Positions 1 to 7,915 of a stretch of 64,000 bases of DNA are shown one piece after another; positions within the stretch are counted from its first letter, which is position 1, and each line of letters opens with the position of its first letter. A model generated the notes under the pieces. The model ran no database searches. It saw only the letters and a list, made by a program, of their open reading frames with translations, and was not told where the DNA came from. This DNA is from Thiomicrorhabdus sp. (lineage in GTDB: Bacteria; Pseudomonadota; Gammaproteobacteria; Thiomicrospirales; Thiomicrospiraceae). The position numbers were made by a program, and so were the translations under genes. Where the stretch lies: positions 139,838 to 203,837 of the forward strand of contig NZ_CAXXLT010000001.1 in assembly GCF_963677875.2 (NCBI RefSeq), written 5' to 3'.

Positions 1-188
1 TGAGCATGTCTTTCCCATTGCTGCTGGGCGGCTTCCTGTATTTGTTCAACTTTCACTCGATTCATATTGATAACCCTGCTGGTAAGTTTTTTATTTTTAT
101 AAGAATTCGCATTATAAAATCAGTTGTGGCAAATTACTACTGCAAAACCGTGATGAGAAGGCTTGGCTCTCACCAGCGAACCTTACCG

Positions 189-1679
189 CTAAAATTTGAA
201 TTTATTTAATTTCTTTCGCTCGCTTGATGAGGGCAGATTCAGTGCTTCTCTATATTTTGCGATGGTTCGCCGTGCGACAGAAATCCCTTTATCTTCAAGA
301 AGTTGCATCAGTTTGCTGTCACTCAAAGGTTTTTTGGGGTCTTCTTCATCAATCAGAGCTTTGATATGGGCTTTGATTGCGATGGCCGACTGATCGGCAC
401 TGCCGTATTGACTGACACCGCTTGAGAAGAAATATTTCAATTCAAAGGTACCACGGGGAGTCTGAATGTACTTCTGATTGGTTGCGCGCGAAATGGTTGA
501 TTCATGCAAATCGAGGTGTTCGGCAACTTCACGCAGAACCAAAGGCTGCATTGCCTGTTCGCCTTCCTCAAAAAAACGCTGCTGTTTTTCGACAATGAAT
601 TTTCCGACCTTAAGAAGGGTTTCCCCTCGGCTGTGAATGCTTTTGATTAATCCCTTGGCTTCGGCCAATTGTTCTTTGATTTTTTTGGATTCGTTTGAAT
701 CCTGCACCTGACTGGCAAGATCGACGTAGGCTGCATTGACGGCCAAACGAGGAAAAGCATCGGCATTCAATTCGACAATCCAACCATCCTGTCGGTTGCG
801 TCTCAACCTTAAATCCGGAACGACAACTTCGGTTTGCGTTGATGAAAAAGTTCGACCTGGCCGAGGATTCAACGATTGAATCAATTTTAAAATATGGTGC
901 AGCTCTTCGTCATTCAGAGCGTACATTTTCTTGATTCGCTTGTGATCCTGATAGGTAAGCCAATCAAAATGTTCTTTGATTAACTGCTTTGCTGTGACAA
1001 CGAAAGGCGTGCTTTTAACGGCGGATAGCTGCAAGAGTAGTGATTCCTGAAGATCTCTGGCACCCACACCGGTTGGTTCAAATTGTTGAATGGTTCCAAG
1101 AACCTCTTTCAACTCCTCAAGAGTGATGCCCAGTTCCTCTTCATTCTCCTGAATGGTAGCGAGCAGTTGCGGCAAGGGCGACTCCAGATAACCTTCATCA
1201 TTGATATCATCGATCAGATAGGGGGCAAGAAGCTGTTGTCTTTCCGTCCATGGATAAATATCCGATTGCCAATAAAGGTGGTCGTGCAAAGATTTTTCGG
1301 AAGCCGTGTAGGTATCAGCGCTGACATAATCGGCGGAGCTGCTTTGGCTCGATAAATTTGTATGATCGGCAAACACTTCATCCCATTGGCAGTCGAGCTC
1401 AAGTTCTTCGCTTATTTTGCTGGCCTGTTCAATATCGAGAGGCGCCGTTTCGGCATCATTATCGACAGGGGACTCGGATTCGGATTCTGTATTGCTTTCC
1501 CCAGACAGTTCTTCGTTATCGTCGTAGACCTCAAGCATGAAGTTGGTTTCCAAGGTTGATTCAATGGTCTGCTGAACTTCAAGCGCAGAGTACTGCAATA
1601 TTTTAATAGACTGCTGCAATTGCGGGGTAAGCTTCAACTGCTGGCCGATATTTATTTGTAAACCGGGCATTAAGGCCAT
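189..1679 (-). CDS. rpoN: RNA polymerase sigma-54 factor
   Basis: 496-aa ORF. N-terminal region I LKLTPQLQQSIKILQYS, acidic region II, C-terminal HTH and RpoN box ARRTIAKYRE. Confidence 0.95.
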   Translation of the reverse strand: MALMPGLQINIGQQLKLTPQLQQSIKILQYSALEVQQTIESTLETNFMLEVYDDNEELSGESNTESESESPVDNDAETAPLDIEQASKISEELELDCQWDEVFADHTNLSSQSSSADYVSADTYTASEKSLHDHLYWQSDIYPWTERQQLLAPYLIDDINDEGYLESPLPQLLATIQENEEELGITLEELKEVLGTIQQFEPTGVGARDLQESLLLQLSAVKSTPFVVTAKQLIKEHFDWLTYQDHKRIKKMYALNDEELHHILKLIQSLNPRPGRTFSSTQTEVVVPDLRLRRNRQDGWIVELNADAFPRLAVNAAYVDLASQVQDSNESKKIKEQLAEAKGLIKSIHSRGETLLKVGKFIVEKQQRFFEEGEQAMQPLVLREVAEHLDLHESTISRATNQKYIQTPRGTFELKYFFSSGVSQYGSADQSAIAIKAHIKALIDEEDPKKPLSDSKLMQLLEDKGISVARRTIAKYREALNLPSSSERKKLNKFKF

Positions 1680-1976
1680 TTAACAAAGCTCCACTTAAAT
1701 GGAATAAGATTTTGAAATAGTAAAAAAAAGGAATATCGCTATAATAACCTAAGCCAAACGGGCGGGTCCGATGCGAGCTTTTCCAGGTTGCTGGTCAGCG
1801 TAGAGGTTTAAGAATGGACTTAAAACTTCACAGCGCTAACTTAAAACTTTATTGTAACCTAACGTTACAACATGTTAAATCACCCAGTGGTGCAAAAAAT
1901 GCTTGCAAAAGGGGAAGAGTCGATTATTCAACCCCTGTCGGATGAAAGATAATAGAGAAAATAAGAGAGGAATTTC

Positions 1977-2420
1977 ATGTCGATTAAAGAAACGGCTCAC
2001 GAAATTGTAGATGGTCTGGCAGATGATGCAACGTGGAATGATCTGGTAAGAGCGCTGTATAAAGAGAAAAAAATCACTCTGGGGATGACCGATCTTGAAG
2101 TTGTGAAATCTGAACTCAGTGATGCTGAAATCAGCACGATTGTTGCACGCATTCAGTCTTCAAGCTCACAACCGGATGATATGCGCAATACCCGAAACTA
2201 CAAGCCGGGGAATGCCGCTACGGTTGGAATGGTTGCCGGGGTTATTGCTGTTTTGTTTGCACTGGTATTCCCGCCAATTTCATGGGTAGCCGTTCCGGTG
2301 GCCATTGTAGCCGGGTTTATTGGAATGCAGCGTAAAGAAGAAAAATCCTGGGTGCCGGTGTTGCTGGGTCTGGTTGCGATTATTCCGTTCATTGAACTAA
2401 TTTTGGAAACTGCTCAATAG
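1977..2420 (+). CDS. hypothetical membrane protein (soluble N-terminal domain plus C-terminal hydrophobic helices)
   Basis: 147-aa ORF with GAGAGG upstream of the ATG. Residues ~80-145 form 2-3 hydrophobic helices (AATVGMVAGVIAVLFALVF, VAVPVAIVAGFIGM, WVPVLLGLVAIIPFI). No family recognised with confidence. Confidence 0.6.
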   Translation: MSIKETAHEIVDGLADDATWNDLVRALYKEKKITLGMTDLEVVKSELSDAEISTIVARIQSSSSQPDDMRNTRNYKPGNAATVGMVAGVIAVLFALVFPPISWVAVPVAIVAGFIGMQRKEEKSWVPVLLGLVAIIPFIELILETAQ

Positions 2421-2442
2421 TTCAACAGAGAGCAGGAAAATC

Positions 2443-2468
2443 AAAAAAGCGCAGTCAAGCTGCGCTTT
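2443..2468. terminator. hairpin between convergent genes (Rho-independent terminator)
   Basis: GCGCAG-tcaag-CTGCGC stem, preceded by A6 and followed by TTTCG. On the minus strand it is followed by T6, so it serves at least the 94-aa minus-strand gene. Confidence 0.55.
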
Positions 2469-2527
2469 CGCGTCGAAAAAAATTTGCAAACCTCTTACTT
2501 CTTTCAGAGAAGTTTCTAAAAACCAAA

Positions 2528-2812
2528 TTAAGTCAAATCGGCAATATTTGCGTGACTCTGTTTAAACAGATATTGATCTTTAATTTCATTAGGAATCTCC
2601 TGTTTCCATTCTAAACCATCTTCCTTTACCATCAGTTGCCATTCATCATGGGTAATTTCATGCTCGTCGCCGCTATCTGGATTGTAGATGGTGAGATAGG
2701 TGAAATCGCTTTCCTGGGGATCGGAAACGTCCATGACCAAAATCGCGGCCCCGACATATTCGCCCATAGTTACTTGATAGATTCCTGTTTTGGTATTTGA
2801 TCCCATCGTCAT
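2528..2812 (-). CDS. hypothetical protein (94 aa, acidic)
   Basis: ORF with GGAGG about 9 nt upstream of the ATG at 2812. No recognisable motif. Confidence 0.55.
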   Translation of the reverse strand: MTMGSNTKTGIYQVTMGEYVGAAILVMDVSDPQESDFTYLTIYNPDSGDEHEITHDEWQLMVKEDGLEWKQEIPNEIKDQYLFKQSHANIADLT

Positions 2813-3018
2813 AGCTTCATGCCTCCAGTGTAATTATTGCTGGTGATTAGCTTACCTTAAGGAGCGTTTCAGAGATAGTGATTATTAAAGAGTTAATAAT
2901 TCGTTATTAAGCAATGAGTTTTTATGCGTTTTTGCATTCCGGTCGTTTGCTATCGACGATAAAGGGCCATAATCACTGGTATCGTGATTGGAGATGGCGA
3001 AACTCTCCTTCTTCATTT

Positions 3019-3046
3019 AATTCGCATAATGTATATTATGTTAAAT
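3019..3046 (+). other. dif: dif chromosome dimer resolution site (XerC arm - 6-bp centre - XerD arm)
   Basis: AATTCGCATAA TGTATA TTATGTTAAAT versus E. coli dif GGTGCGCATAA TGTATA TTATGTTAAAT. Matches are 8/11 in the XerC arm, 6/6 in the centre and 11/11 in the XerD arm (25/28). It lies in a 409-bp AT-rich non-coding gap. Confidence 0.85.
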
Positions 3047-3221
3047 TTAGTAAATTATTAATTTACTTTCATAATCTTGGCGCGCGCCTTCTCCATGCCT
3101 CGCCTGTTTCTTTTTAATGCAGGTGGTATCCGTTTCAGGTTTAAGACTAAAGCTGTTCAGATTTTATTGCGGAATAAAGCGCTATGGGATCTATTGTGCG
3201 GTGCTTCTTTTTACTCGTTTT

Positions 3222-3587
3222 CTACTCGTTCAAAAGTTTGTGGATATTTTCAGGTGGTCGTCCCAGGACGGCTTTGCTACCAATCACGATAATTGGTCTT
3301 TCAATCAATTTGGGATTTTGAGTGAGGATTTCCAGCCATTCTTGTTCGTCGATATCGTTTCTCGTATGTAATCCGAGTTCCTTGTACAGAGCTTCTTTTT
3401 TTCTAACCAACTCACTTGGTTGCATTTCGAGCATCTTACAGAGTTGCTGCAGCGTTGCCAGATCAGGAGTTTTCTCCAGATAACGAATTTCTTCGATTTC
3501 ACTGTCTTGAAATTTTTCTTGTAGCAATTTGTAGGATTCCCGGCTTTTTGAACAGCGTGGGTTATGATAGAGCGTAACGGTTTTCAT
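3222..3587 (-). CDS. arsC: arsenate reductase (glutaredoxin-coupled ArsC family)
   Basis: 121 aa. It aligns along its length with R773/E. coli ArsC: YHNPRCSKSR (catalytic Cys), plus Arg residues at the positions corresponding to R60, R94 (ERPII) and R107 (GRPPE). Confidence 0.78.
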   Translation of the reverse strand: MKTVTLYHNPRCSKSRESYKLLQEKFQDSEIEEIRYLEKTPDLATLQQLCKMLEMQPSELVRKKEALYKELGLHTRNDIDEQEWLEILTQNPKLIERPIIVIGSKAVLGRPPENIHKLLNE

Positions 3588-3629
3588 TGTGAATCCTTAG
3601 CTTCAATTCTTTTATTAACTTTTATTAAC

Positions 3630-3848
3630 TTATTGATTTTCTATCTTTTCTTCTGCTTCAGCGTCCAAGCGACTATTGAGTGCTTGTTCAACGGCTTCAA
3701 TTCGCTGCTTGCATAATTGATAGGCTTTGGTGGCTTCGTCTACCATCGGAATCAGCTCGTCGATGTCTATTTCATTGTTGTTGGAGAGTTTTTGCGCGAT
3801 TGTCTGCAAAGTTCGGTAATTTTCTTTAAAGCTTTCCGGTTGACTCAT
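3630..3848 (-). CDS. xseB: exodeoxyribonuclease VII small subunit
   Basis: 72-aa helical protein with a typical XseB N-terminus (SFKENYRTLQTIAQKLSNNNEIDIDELIPMVDEATKAYQLCKQRIE). Its ATG overlaps the xseA stop (ATGA). Confidence 0.9.
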   Translation of the reverse strand: MSQPESFKENYRTLQTIAQKLSNNNEIDIDELIPMVDEATKAYQLCKQRIEAVEQALNSRLDAEAEEKIENQ

Positions 3849-5413
3849 ATCAGTTCCTGTTGTGCTTGAACATCGACTTGAATTTTGCCGTCTACAAACT
3901 CAATGAGCAGGCTTTTTTCTTTCAATGCTTGTTGTTTTTGTGTTATCGGTTGTTGTTTCGAATCGTAAATCAATGCGAATCCCCTTTCAAGCTGGCTTTG
4001 CGGCCCGGCACTAAGGATGAATCGAATCCATTGACGAATGCTTTCTTTATTCTGTTTTAATTGCCATTGGCTTTGCTGGTGAACCCTCAGCAGATGGTCG
4101 TCCAATTGCTGTTTTTTCCACTCCAGTTTTGGTTTGGTTTGGGACGCAATCGACGCGTAGTATTGATTGAGAGCCTGCTTGCGCAATTTGATGCTGATCT
4201 CGGTTTCGTGTTTTACCCGTTCGATCATCGGTTGAAGCCGATTCTTCCATTGCGCCAGTTGCAGTTGGTTATTGCGGCTGATTTGATAGTGAAGTGTTTG
4301 CAGGCTCTGAGTTGTGTGTTTTAATTTCAGTTGGCTTTGAGCGCTGATTTGCTGCCAATTGTATCTGGCTTTTTGAGCCTGTTGCACAATACTTTGTCGT
4401 ATGAATGCGATGACTTTACTTGGGGTGTCAAAGTGTCTGTTGGCAACTTCATCAAGAATTGTCAGATCCCTTTCATGGCCGATTCCGGTCAATACTGGCA
4501 GCGTTGCCAGACAGATCTGCTTTGCGACCGATTCGATATTCAGGTTGTTCAGATCAAGCTTCGAACCACCACCGCGAATGATGACTAATGCATCAAACGG
4601 ATGTTTGTGATGGATGGCTTGCACCGCTTCAAAACTGGTGAGAAGATCCCGCTCGGCATTGCTCCCCTGAAAGCTGCTGTAGAAGTAGGTAAAGTCGCAT
4701 AGATGATGCCGCTGTAACCGTTTTGCATCCGCTCTGAAATCTCCCAGACCCGCTGCTTCTGGCGGTGCGATGACCGCAATTCGAAAAAAATCGTCAGCAA
4801 GCTGAAGCAGGCGATTGTTTTCAAAAATGCCAGCAGTTTTAAGCGCTTGACGAATTTTTTGCTGCTGCTGCTGTAACTCTCCAAGCGTATAACTTGGATC
4901 GATTTCCTGAATATTTAAGGAAAAGCCGTAAATTTCATGGAAATTTACTTCGGCCTGACAGAGTATTTTCAGGCCTTTCTCCAGAGAATTTCCGGTCGCT
5001 TCGTGGAAACGTTTAGCAATCGATTCCGCTTGTGATTTCCAGATAGTTGCTCGGCAACTTGCCAAAACCTTCCCATGCTGGTCGCTCTCGCTTAATTCGA
5101 GGTAAAGATGCCCACGGTTGTTGTTCAGGTTGGCTATTTCCGCCGTCAGCCAAAGTGTTTGAGAAAATTGTTGGCGCAGAGCCAGCTGAACCTTGCGCAT
5201 GACCATAGACAGACTGCTCGCTTCGGGGGTCTGCTGATCCGGCGTAATTTCAAGGGTGTGTTGCGATTGGTTTTTTGGCAGCCATTGTGAAAACTGTTCT
5301 TTTTGATCCGCCAGATGTTCAGGGATATACCAGAGCTTACTCACGGCATCCCAGCGTGCGCCAAGTGATTTAGCCTGATCTTTTTCCGGGAAAGGTACTT
5401 GTAGAAAAATCAC
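3845..5413 (-). CDS. xseA: exodeoxyribonuclease VII large subunit with N-terminal DUF5710-like extension
   Basis: OB-fold plus catalytic core (WLTAEIANLNNNRGHLYLELSE, LVIIRGGGSKLDL, GIGHERD). The start is placed at GTG 5413, which overlaps the dusA stop (GTGA). The ORF-track start at 5524 is a TTG lying 115 nt inside dusA. The start is uncertain. Confidence 0.85.
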   Translation of the reverse strand: MIFLQVPFPEKDQAKSLGARWDAVSKLWYIPEHLADQKEQFSQWLPKNQSQHTLEITPDQQTPEASSLSMVMRKVQLALRQQFSQTLWLTAEIANLNNNRGHLYLELSESDQHGKVLASCRATIWKSQAESIAKRFHEATGNSLEKGLKILCQAEVNFHEIYGFSLNIQEIDPSYTLGELQQQQQKIRQALKTAGIFENNRLLQLADDFFRIAVIAPPEAAGLGDFRADAKRLQRHHLCDFTYFYSSFQGSNAERDLLTSFEAVQAIHHKHPFDALVIIRGGGSKLDLNNLNIESVAKQICLATLPVLTGIGHERDLTILDEVANRHFDTPSKVIAFIRQSIVQQAQKARYNWQQISAQSQLKLKHTTQSLQTLHYQISRNNQLQLAQWKNRLQPMIERVKHETEISIKLRKQALNQYYASIASQTKPKLEWKKQQLDDHLLRVHQQSQWQLKQNKESIRQWIRFILSAGPQSQLERGFALIYDSKQQPITQKQQALKEKSLLIEFVDGKIQVDVQAQQELI

Positions 5414-6444
5414 GCTCTGAGTTCCATTCTTTCCTGTTCTTGACGAACTTTTTGATAGGCCTGCTGAATAACCTCGAGACTCGCATCGCTTTTGTATGCG
5501 TTCTCTGACAGGTGGCGACGCCAAAGTCTGCCTCCGGGTAATCCATGAAACAATCCTAACATATGCCGGGTAATCTGGATCAATTTCCCTCCGGTCTGTA
5601 AATGGTCTTCAATATAAGGAAGCATGTTTTCGATCACCTTCTCTCTGCTGATCGGGGCATGATTTTGCCCGTAATAGAGCGAGTCGACTTCTGACAGAAT
5701 GTAAGGACGTTCATAAGCGGCACGCCCCAGCATAAAACCATCCAAGGCGTCCAAACCGTTGTACTCGTTCAAGTGCAAAAGTCCCTGCTGCAGATTTTGT
5801 AATCCGCCGTTAATTGCAATCGGGATGTGGGGAAAAGCCTGTTTCATGCGATGAACCAGATCGTAATTCAATGGCGGCACTTCACGATTATCTTTCGGGG
5901 ACAAACCTTGCAGCCATGCCTTGCGAGCGTGAATGATTACCCCGTCGACACCGACCTGGTCGACGGTTTGCAACAGCTCGAAAATCGATTCTTCTTCGTT
6001 CTGATCATCGATGCCGATACGGCACTTTACCGTAACCGGAATTTTTACACTCTTTTTCATCGCGTTTACATTTTCGGCAACCAGTTTCGGGTGTGCCATC
6101 AGGCAGGCTCCGATCATATTGTTTTGAACTCTCTCGCTTGGACAGCCGACATTAAGGTTGATTTCGCTATAGCCCCACTCTTCACCAAGGGCAGCGCATT
6201 TGGCCAGATCCGAACTGTTGCTGCCGCCAAGTTGAAGAACCACTGGCGCTTCATCTTTGTTGTGGCCGAGAAAACGTGGCAAATTTTCTCCGTAAATAAT
6301 GGCTCCGGTTGTGACCATTTCGGAATACAGCCAGGCTTTTCGACTTAACTGACGGTGAAAATAACGACAATGGCGGTCGGTCCAGTCGAGCATGGGAGCA
6401 ACTGAAAAATGTTGGGCGCTGGATTCTTGAGAAGGTGTTTGCAT
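5410..6444 (-). CDS. dusA: tRNA-dihydrouridine(20/20a) synthase
   Basis: 344 aa. APMLDWTDRHCRYFHRQLS and NLNVGCPS motifs; full-length DusA-like. Confidence 0.92.
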   Translation of the reverse strand: MQTPSQESSAQHFSVAPMLDWTDRHCRYFHRQLSRKAWLYSEMVTTGAIIYGENLPRFLGHNKDEAPVVLQLGGSNSSDLAKCAALGEEWGYSEINLNVGCPSERVQNNMIGACLMAHPKLVAENVNAMKKSVKIPVTVKCRIGIDDQNEEESIFELLQTVDQVGVDGVIIHARKAWLQGLSPKDNREVPPLNYDLVHRMKQAFPHIPIAINGGLQNLQQGLLHLNEYNGLDALDGFMLGRAAYERPYILSEVDSLYYGQNHAPISREKVIENMLPYIEDHLQTGGKLIQITRHMLGLFHGLPGGRLWRRHLSENAYKSDASLEVIQQAYQKVRQEQERMELRA

Positions 6445-6526
6445 AAAATCGATTTAAAAACGGTTAAAAGTCCCTATTTTAACGATTTTTGCATATTGAA
6501 GCAGTAAGCTTTCAGCGACAACATAA

Positions 6527-6567
6527 TAAAAAAAACCGCTAAACCCGGGGGGCATTAGCGGTTTTTG
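6527..6567 (-). terminator. Rho-independent terminator of the outer-membrane protein gene
   Basis: AACCGCTAA / TTAGCGGTT 9-bp stem followed on the minus strand by T8. Confidence 0.65.
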
Positions 6568-6593
6568 CGGTTAAAATGCTTGGAAGGCAAATT

Positions 6594-7136
6594 TTAGAAA
6601 ACGAATTCGACTCCACCGCCAACACCTGAAATAGAGAGGTCATTTTCGTCGAAAAGGTTGGTGTAATTAACAACAAACGCAAAATTTTTGGTAAATTTCA
6701 GCTTGCCGTCAAATCCCCAGGACATGGATTCATCGGCGTATTTGCTTTTCTGACCGTTTGTTTTGTCTTTTCCCGTTGCATACAGCTTTGAATAGCCGAT
6801 CTTACCGTTAATGGAAAAACGCTCAAAATCGGCAAAAGTTCCAACCAGATAAGCGCTGTAGTACTCATCGATTTTGACGTTTTCGTTAGTGCTGCTTGAA
6901 CTGCCTTCATCGGTTCCTGTACCTGCGGCAAACTCAACACCGAAAAACGGATTTCCGCGGAAACCTAAAGCAACACCTGCAGAAGGTGTCGCAAAAGAAT
7001 TTGCACCTTTTGATTCCCATTCAAAGTGATTGTAAGTTACGTCAAAATAGGCGCTTGGAAAAGTCCCGGCTTGCGCGTTGACGGATGCGGAAAGAACGGC
7101 AGCCGCCGCCAAAGATGTCAAAGCAATTTTCTTCAT
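6594..7136 (-). CDS. small outer-membrane beta-barrel protein
   Basis: 180 aa. Signal peptide MKKIALTSLAAAAVLSASVNAQA, alternating beta-strand pattern, C-terminal GVEFVF with terminal Phe. Confidence 0.75.
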   Translation of the reverse strand: MKKIALTSLAAAAVLSASVNAQAGTFPSAYFDVTYNHFEWESKGANSFATPSAGVALGFRGNPFFGVEFAAGTGTDEGSSSSTNENVKIDEYYSAYLVGTFADFERFSINGKIGYSKLYATGKDKTNGQKSKYADESMSWGFDGKLKFTKNFAFVVNYTNLFDENDLSISGVGGGVEFVF

Positions 7137-7234
7137 GGTGTTTCCCTTAATGATCTAAAACAGTGTAAATATTATTTTAATTCTCGAATATTTCGATTCA
7201 GAATGATGTTTTATAAATCGAAATGATAGGTGTT

Positions 7235-7256
7235 CTGAGTGTAAGGCTTATCCTAA
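7235..7256 (+). repeat. left copy of an imperfect ~22-bp direct repeat
   Basis: CTGAGTGTAAGGCTTATCCTAA. It matches 7741-7762 at 19 of 23 aligned columns (two 1-nt gaps). Confidence 0.35.
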
Positions 7257-7343
7257 GCGATCTGCGTATTTGCCACAATAGGAAAGAAAGCAATTTTATG
7301 ATGCGAGACAGAGAAATGACGGTGTGAAAAAATGACAAGCCAA

Positions 7344-7375
7344 CTCCCAAATCTGCGTCCGGGCAGATTTGGGAG
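7344..7375 (-). terminator. strong hairpin downstream of the 79-aa gene (probable terminator)
   Basis: Perfect 13-bp stem CTCCCAAATCTGC / GCAGATTTGGGAG with a 6-nt loop. On the minus strand the T-run is only distal (TTGGCTTGTCATTTTTT). Confidence 0.45.
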
Positions 7376-7394
7376 TAAAAATGGGAAATTTCGT

Positions 7395-7634
7395 TTAAAT
7401 GATGATTCCTTCAGAACCCTGAAAATCCCCTTCACTCTTGGTTGCGACCGAAGCGCCGGCAGATTCCAGCAATGCACGCGCATAAGCATTACGGGCTGTT
7501 TGCATGATCGACAATTCCGCCTGTAGGTCGGCAATTTTTGCTTCGGTGACCTGCAGTGCTTTTAACTGCCCTTTTGCTTCTTCTGTTAGGTTGTCTGTAT
7601 CCAGTTCGTGACCGGCAAGGGTAAATTTAGCCAT
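7395..7634 (-). CDS. small conserved hypothetical coiled-coil protein (79 aa)
   Basis: ORF with AGAGGTGGAAA upstream of the ATG. Sequence begins MAKFTLAGHELDTDNLTEEAKGQLKALQ, followed by a heptad-like helix. It resembles a small gammaproteobacterial DUF family, but I cannot name it with certainty. Confidence 0.6.
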   Translation of the reverse strand: MAKFTLAGHELDTDNLTEEAKGQLKALQVTEAKIADLQAELSIMQTARNAYARALLESAGASVATKSEGDFQGSEGIII

Positions 7635-7740
7635 TTTCCACCTCTTTATAACTTGAATTATTCATCGTAGGCCTTACATATAGATCGGCCAGACGGGGCG
7701 AGCCTTTAAAATTTTTTTGCTGACTTCATTGTGTAAGGAT

Positions 7741-7762
7741 CTGATGTGTGGGCTTATCTTAA
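7741..7762 (+). repeat. right copy of the imperfect ~22-bp direct repeat
   Basis: CTGATGTGTGGGCTTATCTTAA, immediately preceded by GTGTAAGG (7731-7738), which also occurs in the left copy. Confidence 0.35.
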
Positions 7763-7915
7763 CAGTTCAATAAAAGTAAAAACAAGAATCGAACCGACAA
7801 AAGCGATCCAGATTATTATCCCATCGCATGAAAATCGAGTTTTTACGTTGTTTTATGCACTGAATCTTGATGAAATAAAGAAAATATATAAGTAGCAGAC
7901 AGAGCAAGTCAGGCT

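Noticed and set aside
1-65. Possible start of a minus-strand gene downstream of rpoN (MNRVKVEQIQEAAQQQWERHA..., ATG at 65-63).
   Set aside because: Only 21 codons are visible, there is no convincing RBS, and there is no resemblance to the expected hpf. This is too little evidence to call a feature.
2914-3371. Three overlapping plus-strand ORFs (67, 71 and 84 aa) in the gap between the 94-aa gene and arsC.
   Set aside because: They have low-complexity, Cys/Phe/Arg-rich translations, no RBS and mutually overlapping frames. One runs antisense into arsC. The region is better explained as the non-coding dif locus.
5414-5524. ORF-track N-terminal extension of xseA (TTG start at 5524) overlapping dusA by 115 nt.
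   Set aside because: A TTG start deep inside dusA is unlikely. The in-frame GTG at 5413 gives a GTGA stop/start overlap and begins right at the conserved DUF5710-like module.
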